NCBI GenBank assembly: GCA_001856825.1
Contig: ATMD01000001.1
Coordinates: 389,078-453,077 of the forward strand
Length of the DNA stretch: 64,000 bases
Reading direction: 5' to 3'
Source: Thermoplasmatales archaeon I-plasma
Lineage (GTDB): Archaea > Thermoplasmatota > Thermoplasmata > Thermoplasmatales > GCA-001856825
Position 1 is the first letter of the stretch. Every line of letters starts with the position of its first letter. The position numbers and the translations under genes were made by a program. The notes under the pieces are model-generated. The model was not told the origin of the DNA. It made no database searches and was given only the letters and a program-made list of their open reading frames with translations. Of the stretch, positions 29,120-38,547 are shown one piece after another.

Positions 29120-30330
29120 ATGTAACCCCTCACAGCAGCTTCCACAAGATTTTCAATATTCGTAACCACAAATTCCTGATTCCTCCTCTTTCGGTAGTAA
29201 GCAGCCTTAAGGGAATTTGTAGCTCCAAGTCCACCTTCAGTGAACTTGAAGACCGGTTCATCAACACAGCTGTCCTGCATTACGTAAACCCCTTTAGACG
29301 CAAGTTTCTTCACGTTCTCTCCAAGAATCTTGATGTTTGTAGCCGACGTAAATATCAGGAATTTAACTTCATCATTCACCTTTCTTCCATCAAGCAAGCG
29401 GTTTACCTTCATCACTTCCGGTATTGTGGAATGCGGGCAGCCTATGTATACTGAATTTATCTTCCCCCTCTTGTCTGTAAATTTTTTTCTTACTTTTTCC
29501 ACGTCTTCGGATGTCACTGTTATTCTTTCCCTGCTAGATACCCATGAAGACGTATCTGAAATTCCTTTGACCTCTGGAGTGACACCTTCCAGGTGAAACA
29601 GGGAAACTGCACCTGATGTATTCATCATTGCACCGAAATCTCTGAGCCCTTCTTCTGTCATTTCTATCTTAAGTCCCTTTATTAAAGGTACATCATCAGG
29701 CTTCAATATCTCCCCAAGATGCCATCCGAGTAAACCCATGTCAAAATCATCCTTTATTTGGGCCGAAACATTAACAGTTATGTTTGGAATTCTGTTCTCG
29801 TCCAAATGAAGACCGTAATTTGGTGTTTTACCTATTACCCCAGCAGCAAGTGCACTCGATGAGCTTTCTCTGTTGGTTCTAGCACCATATACTGAATTAA
29901 TGTAGGGAGTGGCACTAGATTCAGAGAAGGCAGCGTGCTCTCCGAACGAAGGTACATCCTTGTAAAGATATGGAGTACAGTTGAAGCTCTTTATTACGCC
30001 GAGCTTGTCTGATACCTCAATAGTCCTGTCCAAGAGAGACCTTTCATAGTCATCTATATCCACGTGAAATAAGTTTGAGAGGGTCGAATCCCATGCGGGA
30101 TTCGTCGTAGTAACTACAGATACTCGTGCACCGGAATTAGCCAACTTTTCCGCAAAAAATAAGTCTCCTTCCTGGCCGCTAACCGCCCAGTGAGCCCTCT
30201 TAATCGGGATGAGTTTATCCGCATCAAACATTTCCCCGAGCGAAACTAACAATTTCATCGCATTAGATTTGCCCATTCCATATTTTCCGTTCAGGACATT
30301 CTCTTCCTCAGTGGTCAGGTACATAGACAA
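29116..30330 (-). CDS. Aconitase X large (Fe-S, DUF521) subunit
   Basis: MYLT.EE...L.G, CTPY, SESSA..Y.NSV.GARTNRE, G.TP.YGLHL, GCPH, DSC. Confidence 0.92.
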   Translation of the reverse strand: MSMYLTTEEENVLNGKYGMGKSNAMKLLVSLGEMFDADKLIPIKRAHWAVSGQEGDLFFAEKLANSGARVSVVTTTNPAWDSTLSNLFHVDIDDYERSLLDRTIEVSDKLGVIKSFNCTPYLYKDVPSFGEHAAFSESSATPYINSVYGARTNRESSSSALAAGVIGKTPNYGLHLDENRIPNITVNVSAQIKDDFDMGLLGWHLGEILKPDDVPLIKGLKIEMTEEGLRDFGAMMNTSGAVSLFHLEGVTPEVKGISDTSSWVSSRERITVTSEDVEKVRKKFTDKRGKINSVYIGCPHSTIPEVMKVNRLLDGRKVNDEVKFLIFTSATNIKILGENVKKLASKGVYVMQDSCVDEPVFKFTEGGLGATNSLKAAYYRKRRNQEFVVTNIENLVEAAVRGYI

Positions 30331-30493
30331 CTATACGAACAAGGTTCTTTATTTTTTAGTTACTGTTTGCTTAGGTCACTTAAGTCCTTATTTTTCCTGC
30401 TTATGCCTAGGTTGGCATTTTTGTCCAATTCAAATTTGAATACTCCAAACGTAATTTTCATTATCCATTCTTTACTTGTGAATCCTCTAGAAC

Positions 30494-31489
30494 CTACTGG
30501 CAATTCACACAACCTTCTGGTTTTCCATTACTCAACATGCTGATAAGATTATTGGTTGCAAGATACTTCAAATCCATTATTGACTTATCTGAGATGTAGA
30601 TTGAATGTGGGGTGACGAATACTCTATCCATGTTAAGCAAAGGATTGTCAATATTAAGTGGTTCTGATGAGAATACATCTAGAGCCGCACCCCTTAACTT
30701 CCCTTCTTTCAGAGCGCTGATTAAGGCACTCTCCTCAATGATTTTGCCTCTAGCAGCATTTATTATGTATGCAGTTTTTTTAATATAAGAAATGTTTTTC
30801 GAATTCAACAGGGAAAATGATGAATCGTTTAATGAAGCAGTAATTGCTATAAAATCGGCACGTTTAAGGCCATCTTCAAGGGTCACTTTACCTTCGACAT
30901 TGCCAGTAGTAGGAATGTTTGGGTCATAATACAAAACCCTCATGCCGAGGGCAGTAGCCTTTCTGCCAACCAATTCTCCAATTCTTCCATATCCAATTAT
31001 GAAAAGTGTCGATCCGTGGACCCGCTGTGGGAGTATGTCCATCTCTTCAACGGACCATTCATCTATTGGAATATTTGATATCGCCTTTGCTCCCCAATAG
31101 CCCTGCCTTGCGCGCTTGTTCAAGTACGTGAGCTTCTTTGCGAAGTTTAATATCATGGCTATTACGTACTCCGCTACTTCGTGGTTACAGTAGTTTGGTG
31201 ACCTTGAAATTTTTATTCCTAGAGCAGTTGCAGATTTTACGTCAATATTGTTATAACCTCCGCCATAAACGGAAATAGCCCTCAAAGCTGGAAACTGGTC
31301 CATGAACTTTTTATCGATTTGGAAATCGATTTGAACCAAAATTCCAATCACTCCTTCTCTGTGCTTTAAGATTTCTTCCATAGAATAATTTAATTCAATT
31401 ATCTCGATATCCTCCAGTTCACGTTCTAAAATTTCTCTCTCAATTTTGTGTTGATTAAATTCTTCGTCGATTATCAGAATTTTCCTCAT
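30494..31489 (-). CDS. D-isomer-specific 2-hydroxyacid dehydrogenase
   Basis: VAEY, GYGRIG, INAARG, AALDVF..EPL, TPH. Confidence 0.92.
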   Translation of the reverse strand: MRKILIIDEEFNQHKIEREILERELEDIEIIELNYSMEEILKHREGVIGILVQIDFQIDKKFMDQFPALRAISVYGGGYNNIDVKSATALGIKISRSPNYCNHEVAEYVIAMILNFAKKLTYLNKRARQGYWGAKAISNIPIDEWSVEEMDILPQRVHGSTLFIIGYGRIGELVGRKATALGMRVLYYDPNIPTTGNVEGKVTLEDGLKRADFIAITASLNDSSFSLLNSKNISYIKKTAYIINAARGKIIEESALISALKEGKLRGAALDVFSSEPLNIDNPLLNMDRVFVTPHSIYISDKSIMDLKYLATNNLISMLSNGKPEGCVNCQ

Positions 31490-31639
31490 GAATATCTCAC
31501 TCCGTGTACGGTCATTAGATGGGAAGTGTATAAGAACGTTTACCTAAGAATGAGAAAATTTTTTTGAGAGTCTATAAACTGATTCCTGAATTAAAAGATG
31601 AAAATATTTTAGAATCAAAAAAAGAAAAAATTGAAATTT

Positions 31640-33070
31640 TTATAGAGTGAAATCACCGATCTTCTTGAGTTTTTCTGGGTTTTTACTTTTGTAGTAGAAA
31701 TATGTGACTATCACAAATAACGCGTATATCCCAGCAACCCATGCAGAATATCTCAGTGGAGCTGGAGGTGCTGGATAAACCACATAGATTATTGCAATGA
31801 AAATCATAATCGCAGTAACCCATGGTATGACAACGTGTCTAAATACTTTAAGGGTTTTATTCCTGTGGTGATATACAGACAGTTCTAGACCAGCTAGCGC
31901 ATGGTTAAAAAAGCTAAAGACGGAGTTGCTTAATATTAGGAATATACTTGCAGTAAAAGGTCCCATTATTATTCCTGCAGCAATGGCTATGACCAGAGAA
32001 AATACACCCGTAAAAATAACAACATTCCCAGGGACTTTATGTTTGTTTATTTTCGTGAATGATTTAGGGAAAAATACTCCATCTCTGGCATATCCGTAAA
32101 CAGTTCTAATGGTACTTGTTTCAAATGATACCCCAGAAGTGTTGAAGCTGTTTATTACGAAAATTATCAGGAGTACACCGCCTGCTAGGCCGAGATATTT
32201 AAGGTAGAGGGTTACCCCTGGATCAGGCAAGGTAGCATAATTAAACATGTTGTTTATACCAAATAAGATAGTTTGGGAGTATGAATTCAAAAGTAAAGTG
32301 AATCCTACTATCGAAGCTAAGGTGACCAGGGCTATAGGTATATTCCTTTTGGGATTCTTAGTTTCCTCAGCAACAGGCACTATACTATTTATTCCTCCAA
32401 AAGTTGCAATACCCAGCATCATAGCTACGAATATCAACGTAAAGTTGTTTCCAACAGGCAGCGCTGTAAATACAACCCCAGTGTTCTTTCCTCCTCCTAG
32501 AATTATCATTATAATTGACGTAATCACAAGGAATATTACTTCTGCCATCCCCGTATAAAGAATATATCTCATTGAGATTTTAATTCCAAAATATGCGAGG
32601 GCAGTTGTCTCCGCAATAACTACTGTAATTATCGGAATCCATAGCCAAGGATATTGAGAAGTTACGGAAGGAAAGAGTACGTAAAGGAATGACGACAGGC
32701 CAAGCATTGCGAATCCCGTGTATCCTAGCAGATAATAATACCAGTAGGTCAATCCACCAAAGTAAGAAAAGAAACCTCCCAGCCGTTTAAATCCCCTTTT
32801 GTGAAAGGCTGCCCAAGAATATGCTGATGCAACTTCCTTAGACCATTCATAGGTTATAAGAGTCATCCCGGCGTAAATCAAAAAGGCTAAAATGAGAACA
32901 AATGGAAGGCTGGCACCAACCAGTCCTGCTATGCTCACAAAGAAAAGAGCGGTAACAGCAGCAGGACCATTTGTTCCAAGACCTTGTGCAAAGGCTTCCC
33001 ACATGCTTAAGGTTCCAACAGCCAATCCAGATTTTTTAGGTTCGTCAACTTTTTCATTGCCGTCAGCCAT
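31640..33070 (-). CDS. APC family amino acid permease
   Basis: About 12 TM, AEETKNPKRNIP, R.VYGYARDG. Confidence 0.9.
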   Translation of the reverse strand: MADGNEKVDEPKKSGLAVGTLSMWEAFAQGLGTNGPAAVTALFFVSIAGLVGASLPFVLILAFLIYAGMTLITYEWSKEVASAYSWAAFHKRGFKRLGGFFSYFGGLTYWYYYLLGYTGFAMLGLSSFLYVLFPSVTSQYPWLWIPIITVVIAETTALAYFGIKISMRYILYTGMAEVIFLVITSIIMIILGGGKNTGVVFTALPVGNNFTLIFVAMMLGIATFGGINSIVPVAEETKNPKRNIPIALVTLASIVGFTLLLNSYSQTILFGINNMFNYATLPDPGVTLYLKYLGLAGGVLLIIFVINSFNTSGVSFETSTIRTVYGYARDGVFFPKSFTKINKHKVPGNVVIFTGVFSLVIAIAAGIIMGPFTASIFLILSNSVFSFFNHALAGLELSVYHHRNKTLKVFRHVVIPWVTAIMIFIAIIYVVYPAPPAPLRYSAWVAGIYALFVIVTYFYYKSKNPEKLKKIGDFTL

Positions 33071-33384
33071 AAAAGAAGATATGTTGCTCAGGATATATAA
33101 GTATTACTAACTGAAACGAAGTAAAATCAATGCTCGGGAGGGCTTTAATCTATCTAAAATATTTTTATTTTAATAATAGGAATAATAGTCTTGCTGATTA
33201 TTTTGGAAAAAATTCAATGAAGTGAAACTGATGTTCCTAGTTACGTTAAAGATTCACTTTATGATGGGATATTTATAAGTTAGAGATTGCTAATGAGTAA
33301 TTTACGTACCGGCACTCCCATCTAATTCAACATTTGCAACTTGTATTGTTTTTACTTCTTATTTGCGACTATTTCTGGAACAAG

Positions 33385-34680
33385 TCATTTTATTGAGATC
33401 GACTTTGTAGCCTTTAGAAATCGTTCCACTTCTGCCAAAGAATTATAATGCAGGAAGGTCGCCCTTAGCATTGATGGGTTTGAGAAATAGTCGTGTGAGA
33501 GATTCCAGTGGCTACCGCCAACTGTAGTAATTCCAAATTTTTTCCAGTAAATTTCCTCTGCTTTTTTATCGGTCACATTCTTGAAATTGAATGAGAAAGT
33601 AGTGCCCCTTTCGCTTAGCCGCTTAGAATCTGATATGCCGTAGAGGATAACATTCTTCATTGATGACAGTCCCTCTGTCTCTTCCGTCCCATCCAGGACG
33701 AGCCTGCTCAGCTCTTTGTGGTAGTTCTCAACCCTTTCCATCCCCTTCCTTACACCATTTCTTCTATTCCTTGGTAACTTTCTACCCTTGAATCGTAAAA
33801 TGTCCAGTGAAAGGGAAGAAATGTAATCTACCACCGAATTCATTGCTGAAAATATGGCCTGGTCTCTCGTTCCAATTTCGAAATAAGAACTGCAACCCGG
33901 TCCGGCCTCCCTATCCACGTAGAATGGTCTTATAGTATCCATAGCCCTATCGCTCATGTACACGAAACTACCTCGGGGACCAAATATCTTGTAGGCTGAG
34001 AACACAAAGAAGTCACAGCCCATTTTCTTAATGTCCGAGCACCCCTGTGGAGCGAAGTGCACTCCATCCACTAGCAAGAAGGCTTCATTTTCGACTGCGA
34101 TCTTTGATACCTCGGGAATGTTGACTTTATTCCCTAGAAGATTGCTCTCTGCAGTAATTGCTATTATCTTTGTTCTCCTGTTAACTAGAGAGGCAAGATG
34201 GTCTAAGTCCACTGTACCATCCTCTTTGTTCAGTTTCGCAAGCCTAAGCTCTGAAATCTTATTGTTCTTCTTCATTTCTATATATGGTGAAACGTTTGCA
34301 TAATGTTCGGCATATGATGAAACAACGTTACTGTCTCTGTTGAAAATTCCTCTTAATGCATATGAAATTCTGAAAAATAAGTCAGAAGCGGACTCTCCCT
34401 GATAGATGTTCAGCTCACTAGGGGCATTAAGGAGATCTGCGACTGCCCTTCTTCCTTCCATCAAGATATGTTCGTTTGCCTTAGATTCGCTATAGATTGC
34501 ATCCGTGTTAGCACTGTAATCTATTCTACTTTTGGTCTCTGACTTTAGTGCATCACCAAGGACTAGACTCCCCGCTCCATTGTCCACAAAGATTCTCTTC
34601 CTCCCTGTAAAGTCTTTCTCTATCCTGGGAAATCTCTTTCTGATTTCCTTGATGAAGCTTTCATCGAAGGATGTTTGCAT
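33385..34680 (-). CDS. Class V PLP enzyme (cysteine desulfurase-like, no catalytic Cys)
   Basis: EH.AN, VDGVH, SAYKIFGP (PLP Lys), LRA...HYN. Confidence 0.85.
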   Translation of the reverse strand: MQTSFDESFIKEIRKRFPRIEKDFTGRKRIFVDNGAGSLVLGDALKSETKSRIDYSANTDAIYSESKANEHILMEGRRAVADLLNAPSELNIYQGESASDLFFRISYALRGIFNRDSNVVSSYAEHYANVSPYIEMKKNNKISELRLAKLNKEDGTVDLDHLASLVNRRTKIIAITAESNLLGNKVNIPEVSKIAVENEAFLLVDGVHFAPQGCSDIKKMGCDFFVFSAYKIFGPRGSFVYMSDRAMDTIRPFYVDREAGPGCSSYFEIGTRDQAIFSAMNSVVDYISSLSLDILRFKGRKLPRNRRNGVRKGMERVENYHKELSRLVLDGTEETEGLSSMKNVILYGISDSKRLSERGTTFSFNFKNVTDKKAEEIYWKKFGITTVGGSHWNLSHDYFSNPSMLRATFLHYNSLAEVERFLKATKSISIK

Positions 34681-34810
34681 AAACATAGATGGATGATTGA
34701 TATAAAACAACTACACCGAATTTGCAGAATATAGACTTAGGTGTATTTAACGCAGGTTCGCATCTCGATGCATGCTAGCTCTACCCAGATAGCTTGCTTC
34801 AGGAGCAGGC

Positions 34811-36241
34811 TTACTCTTCCTTCAGAAATTCGTATAGGAGTCTTACGCCGAATCCAGTGGCTCCAGCCGGTAAATAAGCTCTCTGCGAATTGTTTTTCTG
34901 CGTCCACGCCGTTCCAGCTATATCAAGATGAACCCAAGGAATATCCCCAACAAACCTGCTGAGGAAAGCTCCTGCCGTTTCTGCACCACCCTCTCTCCCA
35001 CCAGTATTTTTTATGTCAGCCACTTTGCTCTTAATCTGATCTTGGAAATCTTCGTCCAGGGGAAGTTCCCAAACATTTTCCCAGGTTTTCTCAGACGCAG
35101 ATTTAATTTTTTTCTTTAATTTATCATCATTTCCCATCATTCCTGCATAATTGTTGCCAAGCGCTACAACGCAAGCACCCGTGAGAGTGGCCATATCAAT
35201 TACGGCCGATGGCTTGAAATTCTTTGTTCCATAGCTAAGAGCGTCAGCAAGCACAAGTCTGCCCTCGGCATCTGTCGAAAGCACCTCCGATGTAACACCG
35301 TTGTAATGTGTAAGAATATCACCTGGTTTGTATGCATTTCCTCCAGGCAGGTTCTCCGTGAGGGGCGTCATTCCTATCACGTGTTTGTTCAGTTTTAGGT
35401 CGGAAATTAATTTCATTGTCCCGATTACTGCAGATGCACCACACTTGTCAAACTTCATCTGGTCCATTCCATCTGCAGGTTTTATTGATATGCCTCCGCT
35501 GTCGAATGTAATTCCTTTTCCCACAATAAGAACAGGTTTCTTGTTCTTCGGGCCATATTCAAGTATCAACAGCTTAGCTGCTTCTCTGGCAGCTCTAGAA
35601 ACACCTTCAAGTCCGCCCATTCCCATCTTAATAAAGTCTTCCCTGTCGAATGCCCTGACTGTTAAACCTCTGACCTTTCTTGCAGTTTTTTCAAAAAGAG
35701 AAGGTGTTCCTATAGAAGGAGGTAAATTTGCTATATTCCTCGTGAAATTGACCGCTTCAGCAATGACCCTCCCCTCATCTATAAGTTTTTCATCTGAATT
35801 AGTCGTAATTAGCACCTTCTCCACTTTAGTCTTGCTCTTGTCACTCCTGTATTTATCAAAATCGTAGGCTGCAAGGGCGATCGCAAATGTGGCCTCCTTA
35901 GGTTCATTTGAAGATAATCCAGGAAGAATGACTTGTACAACCCCCTTTGGTATGGACCTGAGGGAGTTAAATGCTGACGAATATGCCCTCCTGAGTTTTT
36001 CATCATCGAATTCCTTCCTATGTCCAAGTCCTATGAGCAATACCCTCTTTTCCAGCTTTGCATCGAAAATATCAAAAGTTTCTCCCCTCTTTCCGATGAA
36101 TCCGGATTTTCTTGCACTTTCCAGAACTTTTGAACCAGACATCATCTTTGTTGTATCCACTGGTTTAAAATCTTCAAAAATAGGTACAATTAATGCGTTA
36201 ACATTGCGAGAGTCACTGCCGGAATACTTCAAAAACTCCAT
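34811..36241 (-). CDS. pepA: Leucyl aminopeptidase (M17)
   Basis: GKGITFDSGG, MKFD, TDAEGRL.LAD, ATLTGAC, HLDIAG. Confidence 0.95.
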   Translation of the reverse strand: MEFLKYSGSDSRNVNALIVPIFEDFKPVDTTKMMSGSKVLESARKSGFIGKRGETFDIFDAKLEKRVLLIGLGHRKEFDDEKLRRAYSSAFNSLRSIPKGVVQVILPGLSSNEPKEATFAIALAAYDFDKYRSDKSKTKVEKVLITTNSDEKLIDEGRVIAEAVNFTRNIANLPPSIGTPSLFEKTARKVRGLTVRAFDREDFIKMGMGGLEGVSRAAREAAKLLILEYGPKNKKPVLIVGKGITFDSGGISIKPADGMDQMKFDKCGASAVIGTMKLISDLKLNKHVIGMTPLTENLPGGNAYKPGDILTHYNGVTSEVLSTDAEGRLVLADALSYGTKNFKPSAVIDMATLTGACVVALGNNYAGMMGNDDKLKKKIKSASEKTWENVWELPLDEDFQDQIKSKVADIKNTGGREGGAETAGAFLSRFVGDIPWVHLDIAGTAWTQKNNSQRAYLPAGATGFGVRLLYEFLKEE

Positions 36242-36448
36242 TTTCTCCCATAGTACGCTCAAAAATAAAAGTTGCGCATTTAGGAATATTAAGTGAAAGC
36301 CAGTAAATGTACTGAAATGGAAATTGTATAAGTCTCCCAAATTTCAAACCTCTTGTGTAAGGTAAAGACCGTAAGACGTATAACTCTGACATTTGTATGA
36401 CATTAAGCAGACAAATATTTATACTGGTATAATATGTAATTAATTGCT

Positions 36449-36922
36449 ATGGGAACAATATTGTCTGACGGATTTAGCAATAGTGTTATAAAGCAGAAAT
36501 TGTCTGTTAAGACTTCAAGAGATGCGATTTTCATAATCACACTGGTTGATTTGGTACTGATCGTACCGTCAGTTGTTCTTTTCTCTCTGTTAAACTTCAG
36601 GGAGCTCAGCAGCTATGGCCTAGTCTTTTCAATCGTGGTTTTAGCTTTTCTGTCATATCTTCCCCTTTCAATTATATGGGCATCAATGGTCTTGTCAGGC
36701 AAAAGGGTAGATGGTAGGGCATCAGTCACAAATGAAAAGGTAGTACCAATAGTGCTCTTTCTCCTCCTGACATTTTCCATGCTTGGTATCTATATCCCAT
36801 CTATTCAGAAACTGACATCAATTATGCCTTCATTTGGGGCACTTAACATTGTTGGCTTTACAATCATAGTATTGAACTTGATGTTTGTAATGAAGAACTT
36901 CTCGCTTATAACTGGAAATTAA
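36449..36922 (+). CDS. Hypothetical 4-TM membrane protein
   Basis: Four hydrophobic segments; TTTATA about 30 nt upstream. Confidence 0.7.
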   Translation: MGTILSDGFSNSVIKQKLSVKTSRDAIFIITLVDLVLIVPSVVLFSLLNFRELSSYGLVFSIVVLAFLSYLPLSIIWASMVLSGKRVDGRASVTNEKVVPIVLFLLLTFSMLGIYIPSIQKLTSIMPSFGALNIVGFTIIVLNLMFVMKNFSLITGN

Positions 36923-37057
36923 TGTCATTGCCTTGTCTGACAAAATAAGAAGGTGAACATAGACCTGTAAGACTTTAACACGCTGAGAGCCAATTCTAAG
37001 CAGTCTGTAGTCAAAATTGACAAAAAGTGTTATAATAGAGATGAGGCTGTTGAAGAG

Positions 37058-38305
37058 TTGATAACTACTGATGAGCTCCTACTGCTCTTGGCAGGGATCA
37101 TGCTTCTCGGTTTCATAGGTGAGATAGCCTTCAGGAAGAAGCGAATCCCGGATATGTTACTGCTATTGCTGATAGGGATACTCATTCATTACTCAGGAAT
37201 AATTCCGACTGTTTATATCTCTATACTTAAATCATTCCTTAGTTTTGTTGGCATAATTGCTCTTATACTGATAGTATTTGGAGGCCTCCTAAGACTCGAT
37301 CTTCAAAAGTACGGTCATTCAGTTTCAAAAGGTATATGGATTGCAGTCGCCGATCTTGCGTTCGCTATTGGGTTGATGACTCCTTTATTGTACTACATTT
37401 TCCACATACCGCTTATCATTTCCCTATTGATATCCACCATTCTCAGTGAAACTGCTGCACCGTTTATAATTCCCCTCCTTGCAAGGATAAAGATGAATGA
37501 GGGCATCGCCCATTCCATAGAAGTAGAGACCATTTTCAATTCTGTTCTCAACGTAATAGGTGCACTTCTCATCCTAAGCATCATAAATCAACAAGTTACT
37601 TTTGTAAGCCTAACAAGTTTTCTCTTTGGCAGCATATCTGAGGCAATCGTTCTGGGCGGCGTCATTGGAATCGTCTGGCTTATAGTTTTAAAGCAGGCAT
37701 CCGCCCCTCACTATTATATTGCAACCATTGCGGTTCTCTTCGTTATCTGGGGGGTTTCTGACTATATAGGTGCATCTGCAATACTTGCGGTATTTATCTT
37801 CTCCATTATAATAGCGAACTCCCTTACCATATCTAAAATAGTCAAAATATCTGGAACTATAGACACCTCCCAGCTGAATTTCTTTAATCAGGAAATTACA
37901 TTCATTGTACTGACTATATTCTATGTGTACATCGGTATTCTTGTCAATATATTCGATTTCAGGGCACTTCTGCTGGCTTCCGTCTTTATTACTGCACTAG
38001 TTGCAATTCGATTCCTGGAAATATTCACTTTGAATGGAACGACCAAGTGGTTCGGTAAGGATACCTTGCTTGTATCGTCCTTCGTACATAGGGGGCCCAC
38101 AGTCATAGTTCTCCTGGGCATTGTTCTCGCCTCAGACCCTTCAATTTTCAGCAATTACGGCAACACGATATTCTACGTGGTAATACTCAGCATTCTTGTA
38201 GGCTCAATTGGATTTGCTGCGATAACCAGAAGATATTCGACTAGCACAGTGCCAACACAAACTGTGCCTGCAGAACAAACATCTACGGATGTGAAACCTC
38301 CGTAG
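37058..38305 (+). CDS. Cation:proton antiporter (CPA family)
   Basis: IPD.LLLLLIG, F.GGL.LD, E...N, RG motif near the C-terminus; TTG start. Confidence 0.85.
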   Translation: MITTDELLLLLAGIMLLGFIGEIAFRKKRIPDMLLLLLIGILIHYSGIIPTVYISILKSFLSFVGIIALILIVFGGLLRLDLQKYGHSVSKGIWIAVADLAFAIGLMTPLLYYIFHIPLIISLLISTILSETAAPFIIPLLARIKMNEGIAHSIEVETIFNSVLNVIGALLILSIINQQVTFVSLTSFLFGSISEAIVLGGVIGIVWLIVLKQASAPHYYIATIAVLFVIWGVSDYIGASAILAVFIFSIIIANSLTISKIVKISGTIDTSQLNFFNQEITFIVLTIFYVYIGILVNIFDFRALLLASVFITALVAIRFLEIFTLNGTTKWFGKDTLLVSSFVHRGPTVIVLLGIVLASDPSIFSNYGNTIFYVVILSILVGSIGFAAITRRYSTSTVPTQTVPAEQTSTDVKPP

Positions 38306-38547
38306 TAAATTCAATATGACGCGTTTAGTCTGATATCAATTGTCGACGTACTTCATTAAAGATTCTATGTGCTGTCTCCACAATGAAATGAAGTGGCATC
38401 AACTTTAAGGCATTGGTTTGGCCACAATTTGTCCGGGGGTTAAACGAACCAGGTTGTGGGTAAATATGTAAGAAGACCAAAGAGGAAAAGGGTATTGGCT
38501 TTAACTGATCGGCAATCAGTTCATTGTAAATATGGGTCAGTGCAATC

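Noticed and set aside
37041-37061. Six-codon uORF (MRLLKS) overlapping the TTG start of the antiporter
   Set aside because: The ATG is only about 6 nt from the TATA box, so it is probably upstream of the transcription start; could also reflect an indel error
37037-37085. Fluoride-riboswitch-like text (GATGAGGC...CTGATGAGCTCCTACTG) at the start of a cation:proton antiporter
   Set aside because: P1 cannot pair, the pseudoknot has a mismatch, the 3' part simply encodes TDELLL, and the TATA box at 37030-37035 would put the start site downstream of the 5' element; an Infernal crcB-motif search would settle it
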